Under the pieces are notes generated by a model. That model saw nothing but the letters and a program-made list of their open reading frames with translations. It was not told the DNA's origin and searched no databases. Made by a program: the position numbers and the translations under genes. A DNA stretch of 63,318 nt, filler included, from Octopus bimaculoides (lineage: Eukaryota): NCBI RefSeq assembly GCF_001194135.2. It is 8 parts of 8 records of this genome, joined end to end, with 100 filler letters (N's around TTAATTAATTAA, not from the genome) between each part and the next. Parts side by side here need not be neighbours in the genome. Positions count along the whole stretch, not along the records: positions 29,230 to 55,240 come from NC_068994.1; positions 55,341 to 58,691 come from NW_026394535.1; positions 58,792 to 61,279 come from NW_026411678.1; positions 61,380 to 63,318 come from NW_026318070.1; 4 more parts are not named here. The stretch is one strand, 5' to 3'. Shown piece after piece: positions 51,306 through 63,318 of this stretch; position 1 is the first letter of the stretch, and the number at the start of each line of letters is the position of its first letter.

Positions 51306-51455
51306 CACATGGCCTGAAATTTTGAGGGAGGGAGATAATTGCTTACACAGGCCTCAGAGTTCAACTGGTACCATATTTCGTCAACCCTGAACGAATGAAA
51401 GGCAAAGTCAACCGCGGCAGAATTTGAACTCAGGACATGAAGATGGACGAAATAC
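51306..51455 (-). mobile_element. SINE fragment
   Basis: GAAAGGCAAAGTCAACC...GAATTTGAACTCAG is the reverse complement of the SINE core and head. Confidence 0.7.
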
Positions 51456-51685
51456 CAATCAACCAACCACACTCACTGTACAATGTCTTTCATTACATTT
51501 GCAAACAGAGAAAAACTGGACACATTTCCTTGACAAAGGAGGGCAATGGGTCAGTTTTCATGACTTGGATAATAGTTAAGCCTGTCCTGTAATTGAGAAT
51601 AGCTGCTCTATATAATCTTATAAATCATCAATTCATGGACATTGAACTAATACATGTACATACACATATATACATATATATATAT

Positions 51686-51720
<35 letters not shown>

Positions 51721-51853
51721 CATATATATATACACACACATACATATATATATATAAATACATATNNNNNNNNNNNNNNNNNNNNNNNNNNNNNNNNNNN
51801 NNNNNNNNNNNNNNNNNNNNNNNNNNNNNNNNNNNNNNNNNNNNNNNNNNNNN

Positions 51854-51894
<41 letters not shown>

Positions 51895-53113
51895 GATATT
51901 TTATTAAAGCCCAAAAACAAACTGGTCTAGGCTATCACAAGTGCCTAATGAACAGTCGTGTGAAACTCTGAGTAGCATTTTGTGAAGTTTTCTTCGGCTT
52001 TAATAAAATACAATTTTACTCACCCTTCGGCAAAAAAATATTTTAAGAATTTTGGAAAAGGTATTAACTCTACAAGACAACCCTACCATGCCCAACCAAA
52101 ACACACATAGGGTGACATATATTACAACAGTCGCTTACTTTGCTCGGAAGTGTGCACCTGTTGTCCTGAAGGGTGTCAATGTTAATACTTAATATGTTAA
52201 ACAAGACAGGGAGGGGTACATAAGGTACATGTGGACGCTGTGCAGCCACAAAGTGGGGTTAGGGAGAAGAAAAGGGGGGCAGTAAAGTGCAGAGAGCAAG
52301 CTGAGAGAAAAGTGGGAAGAGTAAACTTAATGGTGGCAATATTACTAGGAAATGTGGTCATGGAAGGAGGAGTGCCGGGAAGGGATAAAGGGCTGAGGAA
52401 GGGGGCAGGCAATGAGGAAGAGGCAATGGGATGAAAGGATGGGTGCAGTGAGTGAAACAGACAACGCTAGCCCCTTTCTTTATAATGGGGTTTAGGGAGC
52501 TTAAGGAAGGNNNNNNNNNNNNNNNNNNNNNNNNNNNNNNNNNNNNNNNNNNNNNNNNNNNNNNNNNNNNNNNNNNNNNNNNNNNNNNNNNNNNNNNNNN
52601 NNNNNNNNNNNNNNNNNNNNNNNNNNNNNNNNNNNNNNNNNNNNNNNNNNNNNNNNNNNNNNNNNNNNNNNNNNNNNNNNNNNNNNNNNNNNNNNNNNNN
52701 NNNNNNNNNNNNNNNNNNNNNNNNNNNNNNNNNNNNNNNNNNNNNNNNNNNNNNNNNNNNNNNNNNNNNNNNNNNNNNNNNNNNNNNNNNNNNNNNNNNN
52801 NNNNNNNNNNNNNNNNNNNNNNNNNNNNNNNNNNNNNNNNNNNNNNNNNNNNNNNNNNNNNNNNNNNNNNNNNNNNNNNNNNNNNNNNNNNNNNNNNNNN
52901 NNNNNNNNNNNNNNNNNNNNNNNNNNNNNNNNNNNNNNNNNNNNNNNNNNNNNNNNNNNNNNNNNNNNNNNNNNNNNNNNNNNNNNNNNNNNNNNNNNNN
53001 NNNNNNNNNNNNNNNNNNNNNNNNNNNNNNNNNNNNNNNNNNNNNNNNNNNNNNNNNNNNNNNNNNNNNNNNNNNNNNNNNNNNNNNNNNNNNNNNNNNN
53101 NNNNNNNNNNNNN

Positions 53114-53170
<57 letters not shown>

Positions 53171-53243
53171 GTATGTATGTATGTATACTTCAGAAAACAA
53201 GTTTCTTACCACACACCATGCTCGCACCTATATTTGGTGTAGT

Positions 53244-53317
<74 letters not shown>

Positions 53318-53804
53318 TAGTAGTAGTAGTCAAGCAGACCTGTGACTGTAGAGGATCCAGCCATGACCCCCCCACTCTGAAGGTGTCAGTCTTTTGTCCC
53401 AACACATCTGTCTATATTAACTTAAGGACTTTTGTCTACTATCCCGTTTCTTTTTTATCAAATATGGTAAGCTAAAGACTGAGGGATATTTAGCTGCTAT
53501 TTCTATTCATAAACATATCTTATTCCTTCTTTTATTGAAGCACCATCCATCTGAAAGTGGATGAGGCAAACTGTCCTTCCCTTTGTTTAACACAATAGTC
53601 TGAAATATGCTGGAAATTTGGCTGCTATTTCTAATATCAACCATCTCTGATTCCTGTCTTTACAGTTCTATATTTAAGAGATGAGGTATTATGTACATTA
53701 TTTACATTATTTACGGATATTTGTTCTCATCTTGTTAGGTGTTAACAACAAACAAGATGAGGACAAATATCTGTCGAATATAAATAATGTAGATAATGTA
53801 AATA

Positions 53805-53935
53805 ATGGTACTTTATTTATCGACCCTGAAAGGATGAAAGGGAAAGTCGACCTCGGCGGAATTTGAACTCAGAACGTAACGGCAGGCGAAATGCCATTAA
53901 GCATTTCTCCCAGCGTGCTAACGATTCTGCCAAGG
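53805..53935 (-). mobile_element. SINE 5' part (646-875 family)
   Basis: TCGACCCTGAAAGGATGAAAGGGAAAGTCGACCTCGGCGGAATTTGAACTCAGAACGTAACGGC. Confidence 0.85.
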
Positions 53936-54053
53936 CAACACAATATATACATACATATATACACATATTTATATAGACTGAGATAGATAGATAGATAGAT
54001 AGAGAGAGAAAGAGAGAAAGGAAGGGAGAGAGACATCCCTGTATAACACCTGG

Positions 54054-54385
54054 TATTATTATTGTATATAACACAGATCAATAGTTGAAGAGAATAGATA
54101 TATGGTGTTATTGATTATTACACACATGCACGCACATCGTTACAGCAGCTAATTTCAAACTCATTAATTGGAAATCTACTACAGAGGCCTTAGCACTGTT
54201 GCAAAATTTAAATGGAAACATTAGCAAAAAGTATATATGTATGTATGTATGTATTCGAATTTTACAAGAAAATTTTTGATAGTGACTTCGAAGTGTAAAA
54301 ATCTTCTACTCTACAAAATACCATTGAGTAATTTTTCCGTATAATGTGAAATTGTTTTTGTATATAATCTGACATGAGAAATATT

Positions 54386-54432
<47 letters not shown>

Positions 54433-54725
54433 ATATTTGTATATGTGTTTGTTTATATATGTAGTTTTGTATATATGTGTATGTGTGTGTGTGTGCATGA
54501 GTGCATATGTGTTTGTGTTTATATGTGTGTATGTGTGTGTTGTGTGTGAGTGTGTGTGTCGTGTGTGTGTGTATGTGTGTGTGTGTATTATGTACATGCA
54601 CATACACAGAAACTGTGATAAATAAATGCTTCACACATATACATGTACATATACACAAACATACACATATATATACATAAATATATGCATATNNNNNNNN
54701 NNNNNNNNNNNNNNNNNNNNNNNNN

Positions 54726-54766
<41 letters not shown>

Positions 54767-55185
54767 ATATATGTATATAAATATATGTATATAAATATAT
54801 GCATATATATGCATATGTGTGTACACACGCATATTTATATATACATATATGCATGTATATGTGTCTGTCTGTACACACACACACACATGTATATACATAT
54901 ATACATATGCATAAAGAGAAATAGAGAGAATGATAAATATTACACACATTTACAGACATAAATACACATATACATACACATATACTTATACACACACACA
55001 CACACACAAACACACACTTTTTGCTAATGTTTCCGTTTAAATTTTGCAACAGTGCTAAGGCCTCTGTAGTAGACTTCCAATTAATGAGTTTGAAATTAGC
55101 TGCTGTAACGATGTGCGTGCATGTGTGTAATAAATCAATAACACCAAATATCTATTCTCTTCAACTATTGATCTGTGTTATATAC

Positions 55186-55195
<10 letters not shown>
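54054..55195. repeat. Long inverted repeat with ~180-bp arms (54054-54232 and 55016-55195)
   Basis: The arms are reverse complements with about four differences by manual alignment. Confidence 0.92.
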
Positions 55196-55229
<34 letters not shown>

Positions 55230-55427
55230 TAATAATGATANNNNNNNNNNNNNNNNNNNNNNNNNNNNNNNNNNNNNNNNNNNNTTAATTAATTAANNNN
55301 NNNNNNNNNNNNNNNNNNNNNNNNNNNNNNNNNNNNNNNNTATTATTATTATTATTATTATTACGATGACAATGGGAAAAACGATTTATAATAAAACCTT
55401 TGTCATCTCATTTTTTTAACATATATA

Positions 55428-55826
55428 GGAGCAGGAGGTGGCTGAGTGCTAAGTAGCCTGCTTACCGACCACATGGTTCCGGTTTCAGTCCCACTGTAGG
55501 GCGCCTTGGGCAAGTGTCTTCTACTATAGCCTCGGGTTGACCAAAGCCTTGTGAGTGGGTTTGGTAGACGGAAACTGAAAGAAGCCCGTCGTATATATGT
55601 ATATATATGTATATGTTTGTGTATCTGTTTGCCCCCCCACCCAACATCACTTGACAACCGATGCTGGTGTGTTTATGTACCCATAACTTTGCGGTTCATC
55701 AAAAGATACTGATAGAATAAGAACTAGGCTTACAAAGAATAAGTCCTGGGGTCGATTTGTTTGACTAAAGGCAGTGCTCCAGCATGGCTGCAGTCAAATG
55801 ACCAAAACAAATAAAAGAATAAAGAA
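55428..55826 (+). mobile_element. Full-length composite tRNA-head SINE with an internal microsatellite
   Basis: Head GTGGCTGAGTGCTAAG...GGTTTCAGTCCC, core TTGGGCAAGTGTCTTCTACTATAGCC and (AAAGAAT) tail. Confidence 0.88.
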
Positions 55827-55844
55827 TATATATGTATATAAGCG

Positions 55845-57005
55845 CAAGAGTGACTGTGTGGTACATTGCATGCTTCACAACCGCATGGTTCTGGGTTCAA
55901 TCCCACTGTGTGGCACCTTGAGCAAGTGTCTTCTACTATAGGGCTTTCCTATAAGTAGGTTATCTCCCTTGGCTAGGCGGCGCTCCATGTAGATAATTAA
56001 ACTTCCGGAGGCTAACCCACGCCATTGATATTGTTTTACGTCTTATCATGGATATAAAGCAGCTTAATGATTCAGCTATCGAAGTACTTACTGTGCCTGA
56101 GTTAAAGAAATATTTAAGATTATATGGACAGTATGTTACTGGAAGAAAGGCGGACCTGACTGAAAGGTTGAAAGGAATAAAAATTCTGTCGATGAAGAAT
56201 GTCAACAAAGTANNNNNNNNNNNNNNNNNNNNNNNNNNNNNNNNNNNNNNNNNNNNNNNNNNNNNNNNNNNNNNNNNNNNNNNNNNNNNNNNNNNNNNNN
56301 NNNNNNNNNNNNNNNNNNNNNNNNNNNNNNNNNNNNNNNNNNNNNNNNNNNNNNNNNNNNNNNNNNNNNNNNNNNNNNNNNNNNNNNNNNNNNNNNNNNN
56401 NNNNNNNNNNNNNNNNNNNNNNNNNNNNNNNNNNNNNNNNNNNNNNNNNNNNNNNNNNNNNNNNNNNNNNNNNNNNNNNNNNNNNNNNNNNNNNNNNNNN
56501 NNNNNNNNNNNNNNNNNNNNNNNNNNNNNNNNNNNNNNNNNNNNNNNNNNNNNNNNNNNNNNNNNNNNNNNNNNNNNNNNNNNNNNNNNNNNNNNNNNNN
56601 NNNNNNNNNNNNNATGACATAATTACCTCGTGCTACGGAAGAAAGCAAAGCAACAGTTAAGGAGTGGCATATTTTACCACGACAGACACGTACACAGCAT
56701 CGAATACCACGATGTGAGTGAAAGCTGCCCTCACTGTATTGTCCGGTGTCTGGTAATCCCTTCGATACCGACATCAAACCAAAAAAAGAATCCTGACCAC
56801 AGAGTGTGGGTAACTATGTCAAAGGTCACTGGCAATGTGCATTCAGCTGATTGCAACTGTTAAAGCAAGTCACTGAGCATGCGTACATGTCATACGGGAG
56901 AGTTCCAATCAGGGGTGGATAACACCTTATAGGAAAGCCCAATAGCCTAGGGCTGACCAAAGCCTTGTGAGTGGATTTGGTAGACTGAAACTGAAAACGC
57001 TGTCC
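55845..57005 (+). mobile_element. SINE interrupted by a DNA transposon insertion
   Basis: ...GTGTCTTCTACTATA (to 55940) resumes as ATAGCCTAGGGCTGACCAAAGCC (from 56942). Confidence 0.85.
55941..56940 (+). mobile_element. Non-autonomous TIR DNA transposon carrying a SAP-domain plus truncated SWIM-finger ORF
   Basis: Perfect 15-bp TIR GGGCTTTCCTATAAG / CTTATAGGAAAGCCC. The ORF from 56048 has SAP-like LTVPELKKYLRLYGQYVTGRKADLTERL, and after the gap (56213-56613) reads ...VWVTMSKVTGNVHSADCNC*. Confidence 0.88.
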
Positions 57006-57380
57006 AGTATTTTCTCAGATGAACAGCGCACACACGGACACAAAACATATTCAGCTTTGACCCTAGCATACCCACAGATGTATCCTGTCGATTTCTTCCC
57101 CAGCTCAAAGCAGTTGGCAACAAATTGATGTAATGAAAACTTGTGTATAACACCATCAACTACAAGTGCAATTTAAATAAATCATTTAAACTACAAAAAT
57201 ATGTTATTCATTTGTTTAGTTTGAAGGCATTCACTTGCCTATCACATCTGTTACCTCAACACCTTCTGATGCAGGCCTTTTCCATTACATATATATATAT
57301 ATATACTCAGTAAAAGACATACTATATTAACCAAGGATTAGAGACAAAGTTAACCTCTTTGGGATTTGAACTCTGAATAC

Positions 57381-58365
57381 AAGCTCTTACTCTTTTACTT
57401 GTTTCAGTCATTTGACTGTGGCCATGCTGGAGCACGGCCTTGAAGGGGTTTAGTCAAACAAACCAACTCCTTTTACTCTTTTACTCTTTTACTTGTTTCA
57501 GTCATTTGGCTGCGGCCATGCTGGAGCACCCGCCTTTAGTCGAGAAAATCGACCCCCCCAGGACTTATTCTTTGTAAGCCTAGTACTTATTCTATCAGTA
57601 TCTTTTTGCCGAACCGCTAAGTTACAGGGAAGTAAACACACCAGCATCGGTTGTCAAGCGACGGTGGGGGGACAAACACAGACACACAAACACACATACA
57701 TACATGNNNNNNNNNNNNNNNNNNNNNNNNNNNNNNNNNNNNNNNNNNNNNNNNNNNNNNNNNNNNNNNNNNNNNNNNNNNNNNNNNNNNNNNNNNNNNN
57801 NNNNNNNNNNNNNNNNNNNNNNNNNNNNNNNNNNNNNNNNNNNNNNNNNNAGCTCTTACTCTTTTACTTGTTTCAGTCATTTGACTGTGGCCATGCTGGA
57901 GCACGGCCTTGAAGGGGTTTAGTCAAACAAACCAACTCCTTTTACTCTTTTACTCTTTTACTTGTTTCAGTCATTTGGCTGCGGCCATGCTGGAGCACCC
58001 GCCTTTAGTCGAGAAAATCGACCCCCCCAGGACTTATTCTTTGTAAGCCTAGTACTTATTCTATCAGTATCTTTTTGCCGAACCGCTAAGTTACAGGGAA
58101 GTAAACACACCAGCATCGGTTGTCAAGCGACGGTGGGGGGACAAACACAGACACACAAACACACATACATACATGTATATATAAATATATGTACATATAT
58201 ATGATGGGCTTCTTCCAGTTTCCGTCTACCAAATCCACTCACAAGGCTTTGGTCAGCCCGAGGCTATAGTAGAAGACACTTGCCCAAGGTGCTATGCAGT
58301 GGGACTGAATCCGGAACCATGCGGTTAGTAAGCAAGCTACTTACCACACAGCCACTCCTGCGCAC
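57381..58365 (-). mobile_element. Composite SINE; 57381-57706 is duplicated at 57851-58175 across a gap
   Basis: Reverse complement of the 55428-55826 family. The duplicated segment looks identical on both sides of the N run. Confidence 0.85.
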
Positions 58366-58791
58366 TCCAAGCAGGGACAAATATACCACAAAGTATTTTG
58401 TACAAAGTTCAAGAAGCCAGAGGTCAGAAGCCAAAGCAAAAAACAACAAAAACAGCATCTCTTACCATTCCTGAGGAAATTACGTAGTAGTCATCCATTG
58501 ACAAGAGAAGCCCTGGGTATGAAGAGAAGGTTATCTTCCGTCCGGGAACAGTAACTGGAATGGTTGAAAAGAAATGAGAAATTAGGGGATAACTTCATTA
58601 TTTAGATGAGGAAACAATATTTTTAAGGAAATAATATCTCAAACTGAAACGTTCAGGTTTATAGTATAGAATTACACACACACACACACACNNNNNNNNN
58701 NNNNNNNNNNNNNNNNNNNNNNNNNNNNNNNNNNNTTAATTAATTAANNNNNNNNNNNNNNNNNNNNNNNNNNNNNNNNNNNNNNNNNNNN

Positions 58792-58942
58792 ACCAAAAAA
58801 TAAGCAATATATTTACCGAAAGCGAGGGAATGCAGCTTTCAAAATTAATCTCTTAAAAACATTTAAGTTAAATGTTTTTAAGAGATTAATTTTGAAAGCT
58901 GCATTCCCTCGCTTTCGGTAAATATGTTGCTTATTTTTTGGT
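58792..58942. repeat. Near-perfect palindrome with 75-bp arms and a 1-nt spacer
   Basis: 58792-58866 is the reverse complement of 58868-58942 with one mismatch. Confidence 0.95.
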
Positions 58943-61379
58943 AGTTTTTGACATATTTAGTCCCTCGAAGCGTGAGGCGTTACTACACAGTTAATGCCCT
59001 TTATATAAATTATATATATTTATGGAAAAAAATGAATTTATTTTCATTATGAGGTTTTTTTCACGCTGACTACTTGATAAATTCTTATAAAGATTTTATC
59101 CTATATTATATTATATATATATGCATAGAACCAAAAATAGTATTAATAGTGAGGATGTATTCATATTTACGTATACCTACGCATACACATAGATATGAAC
59201 GTGTAACAGTATGTATGTGTATAAATATTCGTGTCTGTGTCTATGTTTGTCCCCCACCATTGCTTGAAAACCGGTGTTGGTTTGATTAATTTAGTCGACA
59301 TCGGCGGAATTTGAACTCACAACGTAGTGACAGGCGTCCTTGTTTTTGTATACATTCGCTGCTTTCTTCCAAGGAATCTAATGCTCTTAGCTTAGTTTTT
59401 CGTTGGGGCTGGCCAGATTGGAGCAATATCGAGAATAACCAGCCGAAATTACAAGGATAATCTGGATCTCGACTGAAGAGAGAAAACTCCGAATGACCTA
59501 TCCGTGTTTTCTTTGTATCGTCTATCTGGATGTTTTGCGTCCTTGTCCCATTCTNNNNNNNNNNNNNNNNNNNNNNNNNNNNNNNNNNNNNNNNNNNNNN
59601 NNNNNNNNNNNNNNNNNNNNNNNNNNNNNNNNNNNNNNNNNNNNNNNNNNNNNNNNNNNNNNNNNNNNNNNNNNNNNNNNNNNNNNNNNNNNNNNNNNNN
59701 NNNNNNNNNNNNNNNNNNNNNNNNNNNNNNNNNNNNNNNNNNNNNNNNNNNNNNNNNNNNNNNNNNNNNNNNNNNNNNNNNNNNNNNNNNNNNNNNNNNN
59801 NNNNNNNNNNNNNNNNNNNNNNNNNNNNNNNNNNNNNNNNNNNNNNNNNNNNNNNNNNNNNNNNNNNNNNNNNNNNNNNNNNNNNNNNNNNNNNNNNNNN
59901 NNNNNNNNNNNNNNNNNNNNNNNNNNNNNNNNNNNNNNNNNNNNNNNNNNNNNNNNNNNNNNNNNNNNNNNNNNNNNNNNNNNNNNNNNNNNNNNNNNNN
60001 NNNNNNNNNNNNNNNNNNNNNNNNNNNNNNNNNNNNNNNNNNNNNNNNNNNNNNNNNNNNNNNNNNNNNNNNNNNNNNNNNNNNNNNNNNNNNNNNNNNN
60101 NNNNNNNNNNNNNNNNNNNNNNNNNNNNNNNNNNAATTTAAAATGAAAAAAAGCAAATAAAACGAAGGTATGGAGATTAAATACGCTTTACACCGCTTAA
60201 TCAGCCAAAGGAGTAAATATAAACAACTGAATACTTGTCAGTGATTGGTTGAAATTATCGAAATAAGACAATTTTTTACATGAAATAAATTCGAATACAA
60301 AAATATTTTTCTGTTCTATAACACAAAATAGATAAGTATACGAAGTTTGAAAGTCTTTCCGTACCAAAAACACTACGTAAAACATTAATGAAAAATGTGG
60401 CCCCCGTTTTAAAATAGATCCAAAATTAGTCCTGGAATCGATTCATTTCCACTAAGAATTCTTCAAGGCAATGCCTCAGCATGGCTGCAGTCTAATGATT
60501 GAAGCAAGTAAAAGATACAAGAATCATAGACACATACTTCTATGTATGTACATGTGTGTGTATACTCACATTTACAGTAAGCCAAAGAATCCGATTTGAA
60601 CATACGCCAAAACAAACGTAATACGCACTCACATTCATTCATTCATACATACGTACGTAATCTCGTTTGAGATGTCCTGTACAGACACAAACGCCCGTAC
60701 ACACACACACACNNNNNNNNNNAATCTCGTTTGAGACGTCCTGTACAGACACAAACGCCCGTACACACACACACACACACACAAACACGCGCGCGCGCAA
60801 ACATAAACTAACGCATACGTTTTAGCTACGCGCGTGCACAAACTCTATTTCAGCACCTGTACATACACATACACACACATTCTTTTTCTTATCACCTTTC
60901 TTCCCCCCCTCCCTCTGTTTGTCTATCTGTCACTACATATACATACATACGTACACACACACACACACACACACAAATATAGGCTTACATATATTCAGAC
61001 ACAGGCACATATCTATTTAAACAGATACGTATAGCAATATTTGCTCACGCATACCTATACACAAATCCACACATAGCTCTAAATCTATACAAACACACAT
61101 TCTCTCTCACTCTCTCTCTCTCTCACACACACACACACATTCATTGTCTCACACACGCACTTATCCTTTCTTTCTCTCTCTCTCTCTCTCTCATACACAC
61201 AAATACACACCTCTGTTTCACAGACGCATTCTCTCGCTGTCTCTCACACACATTCTTTCTCTCTCTCTCTCTCTCTCTCNNNNNNNNNNNNNNNNNNNNN
61301 NNNNNNNNNNNNNNNNNNNNNNNTTAATTAATTAANNNNNNNNNNNNNNNNNNNNNNNNNNNNNNNNNNNNNNNNNNNN

Positions 61380-61387
61380 ATATATAA

Positions 61388-61421
<34 letters not shown>

Positions 61422-61630
61422 GTGTGTCTGTGTTTGTCCCCCCAGCATCGCTTGACAAACGATGCTGGTGTGTTTACGTCCCCGTAACTTAGCGGTTCGG
61501 CAAAAGACACCGATAGAATAAGTACTAGGCTTACAAAGAATAAGTCCTGGGGTCGATTTGCTCGACCAAAAGGTGGTGCTGCAGCATGGCCACAGTCAAA
61601 TGAGTGAAACAAGTAAAAGAGTAAAAGAGA
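61380..61630 (+). mobile_element. Composite SINE 3' half
   Basis: Colinear with 55615-55826. Confidence 0.85.
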
Positions 61631-62544
61631 AAGAGAGTAAAGAGAGAATAAGAATCAATTTTACGTCAATACGATGGGTTACTGCATACTTTTGTAGAAT
61701 ACAAACGTATTATTCTTAAGCAAGAATATTATTGACAGTGACTTCAAAGTTCCGGTAAGCTAAGCCATCATCCAACTGGTATTTAAATATACAGTAGTGG
61801 ACAAAATTAGAGAACACGAATAAAAAGTAAAAATATTTACATTTCTACTTCATTTTTCCGAAGGGGATTTTTACTGTAGATGTTCAATATTTACAATAAA
61901 TTTTGTAGGAAGTTTGTTCCCCTAAATGATTTATAATAGAAAAAAAATGTTTATTTGAAAAATGCAAGATGAACAAAATTAGAGAACGTATGATGTAAAA
62001 TTCAAGAAATCAAAATTTTGCCAAAGATTTTTACAATCGACATCAATATATTAATAGATGTGTACATTCCCTTATTTCTAATGATATCAGCATGTCTCCG
62101 TCCACAAGATTTGACCAATTTCTCACATAATGTCTAATTTTATTACCTAATTTTATTCCATCCTTCCTGAAGTTTTCCCCACAAAACCGTAACGTTCACA
62201 GGTCATCGCTCTCCGATCTTATCACCAAGTATCTCGTAGCTACATAATTAGGAGACTTATTTACATAAAAGCCATTAGAAAAATACATATGATCAGTAGG
62301 GTAGAATATCATAGAAAGGAACAAATAGTTTAATCACCAAAAACATGATGAAGTCAGACTAACTAGGCAGGATTATCCATGGGATAGTAATCACGTGTAG
62401 CATACCACATAACATAACATGTAGCTTATAACATATGCAATGCAATTTAATTCACCATATAGCTCAATATCCCATGATTTTATTATATATAATACGAGAG
62501 GGTAAGTTTTGGTGTCGTATCTGATGTGAACTCATCTTCTAGTA

Positions 62545-62760
62545 TTATCTTACATATTAAAACTGAAAACGTGTGTGTGTGTGTGGGCATGTCCTCATTT
62601 TGCGCCAAAACGGCTCGATCGATTTTTCTTAAACTTCACACGCACATTGCTTATGTGTCTGGAGAGGTTTTAAGTATAAATTGATTTCGAAAAAATGTCC
62701 GGGTAAACTGCGGGAGGAATAACATTTGGGCGCGGTTGAACGGCGGGTGTAATTATTTTT
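62545..62760 (+). mobile_element. Probable non-autonomous Helitron-like 5' fragment
   Basis: TCTTACATATTAAAACTGAAAAC-(GT)n...AAAACGGCTCGATCGATTTTTCTTAAACTT resembles the 5' ends of invertebrate Helitron-N elements. Confidence 0.5.
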
Positions 62761-63318
62761 AAGCTTCCAAGGGAAATAACCCATATCCTCTTTCGTAAAT
62801 TATTTGGTAAAATGAAATTGAATATAAGTATTTCTTAGTACAAGGCTTAAACAAGTTAATACTATTCTCCTAAACAATAGATTCACTTATTTCGCTTAGT
62901 GACTTATTCACGAATATACCAACACTAGCGCTGCTGAGGGTAATATTCTCTGGGAATGCACAGAAGCTTTTTTCACAGTTAATTACTTTGAATTGTTATT
63001 ATCTCATATCTGATTAGACTGTTATTACATAACATGTTTCATGATTTTAGTATACATACCTCAAAAGTATTTCCTCCTATGTTCTATATACTCTGGGAAC
63101 ATATTAAAGCCCTTTTCAGGGCTAATATATTAATTCTTACTATAGGGTAATTAATTTCATGTTATTACATAACTGACTTCGCAATTTGGGTATTTATAAC
63201 TTATTGGGAATTCCTAAAAACAAGATCCTTGGTAAGACAGTTCGGTATTCTCAATAGATACACCAAAACCGTTTTAAGGGCTACATACTTTGTGTTGTTG
63301 TTACTGGATTAGCGAAAC

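Noticed and set aside
52197-52434. Pro/Cys-rich minus-strand ORF and its plus-strand counterpart
   Set aside because: This is purine/pyrimidine-skewed DNA, possibly an old retroelement, and no motif could be confirmed.
53681-53866. 61-aa ORF ending in FIDPERMKGKVDLGGI
   Set aside because: Its 3' half is the antisense reading of a SINE core.
57381-58175. 325-bp direct duplication
   Set aside because: Apparently identical copies flank a 144-N gap, most simply a contig-end overlap artefact.

Overview
AT-rich, repeat-dense, gap-ridden eukaryotic genomic DNA. It is most consistent with a cephalopod (octopus-like) draft assembly, an inference from the SINE and RTE repeat families, the microsatellite load and the TTAATTAATTAA gap linkers. 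Most of the window is microsatellite, N gaps and decayed mobile DNA: tRNA-head SINEs, RTE and CR1-like LINE fragments, a decayed Ty3/gypsy LTR element (17087-21172), Tigger and mariner remnants, Helitron-like pieces and a ~1 kb TIR element with a SAP+SWIM ORF (55941-56940). Two host coding sequences are well supported. One is a minus-strand single-coding-exon gene (39317-40582) for a type I membrane protein whose ectodomain resembles the TMEM145/GPR180 N-terminal domain but is followed by one TM helix and a Tyr/PPxY/Gln-rich tail instead of seven TMs; it is the most interesting object here. The other is the first coding exon of a cytosolic sulfotransferase-like gene (15596-15848, minus) with YPYSG in place of YPKSG. 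There are also several candidate orphan exons (14724-14789, 36956-37166, 41766-41802, 50830-51080) and three long inverted repeats. I see no rRNA, true tRNA gene or CRISPR array. All homology calls are from motif recognition by eye, not database searches.
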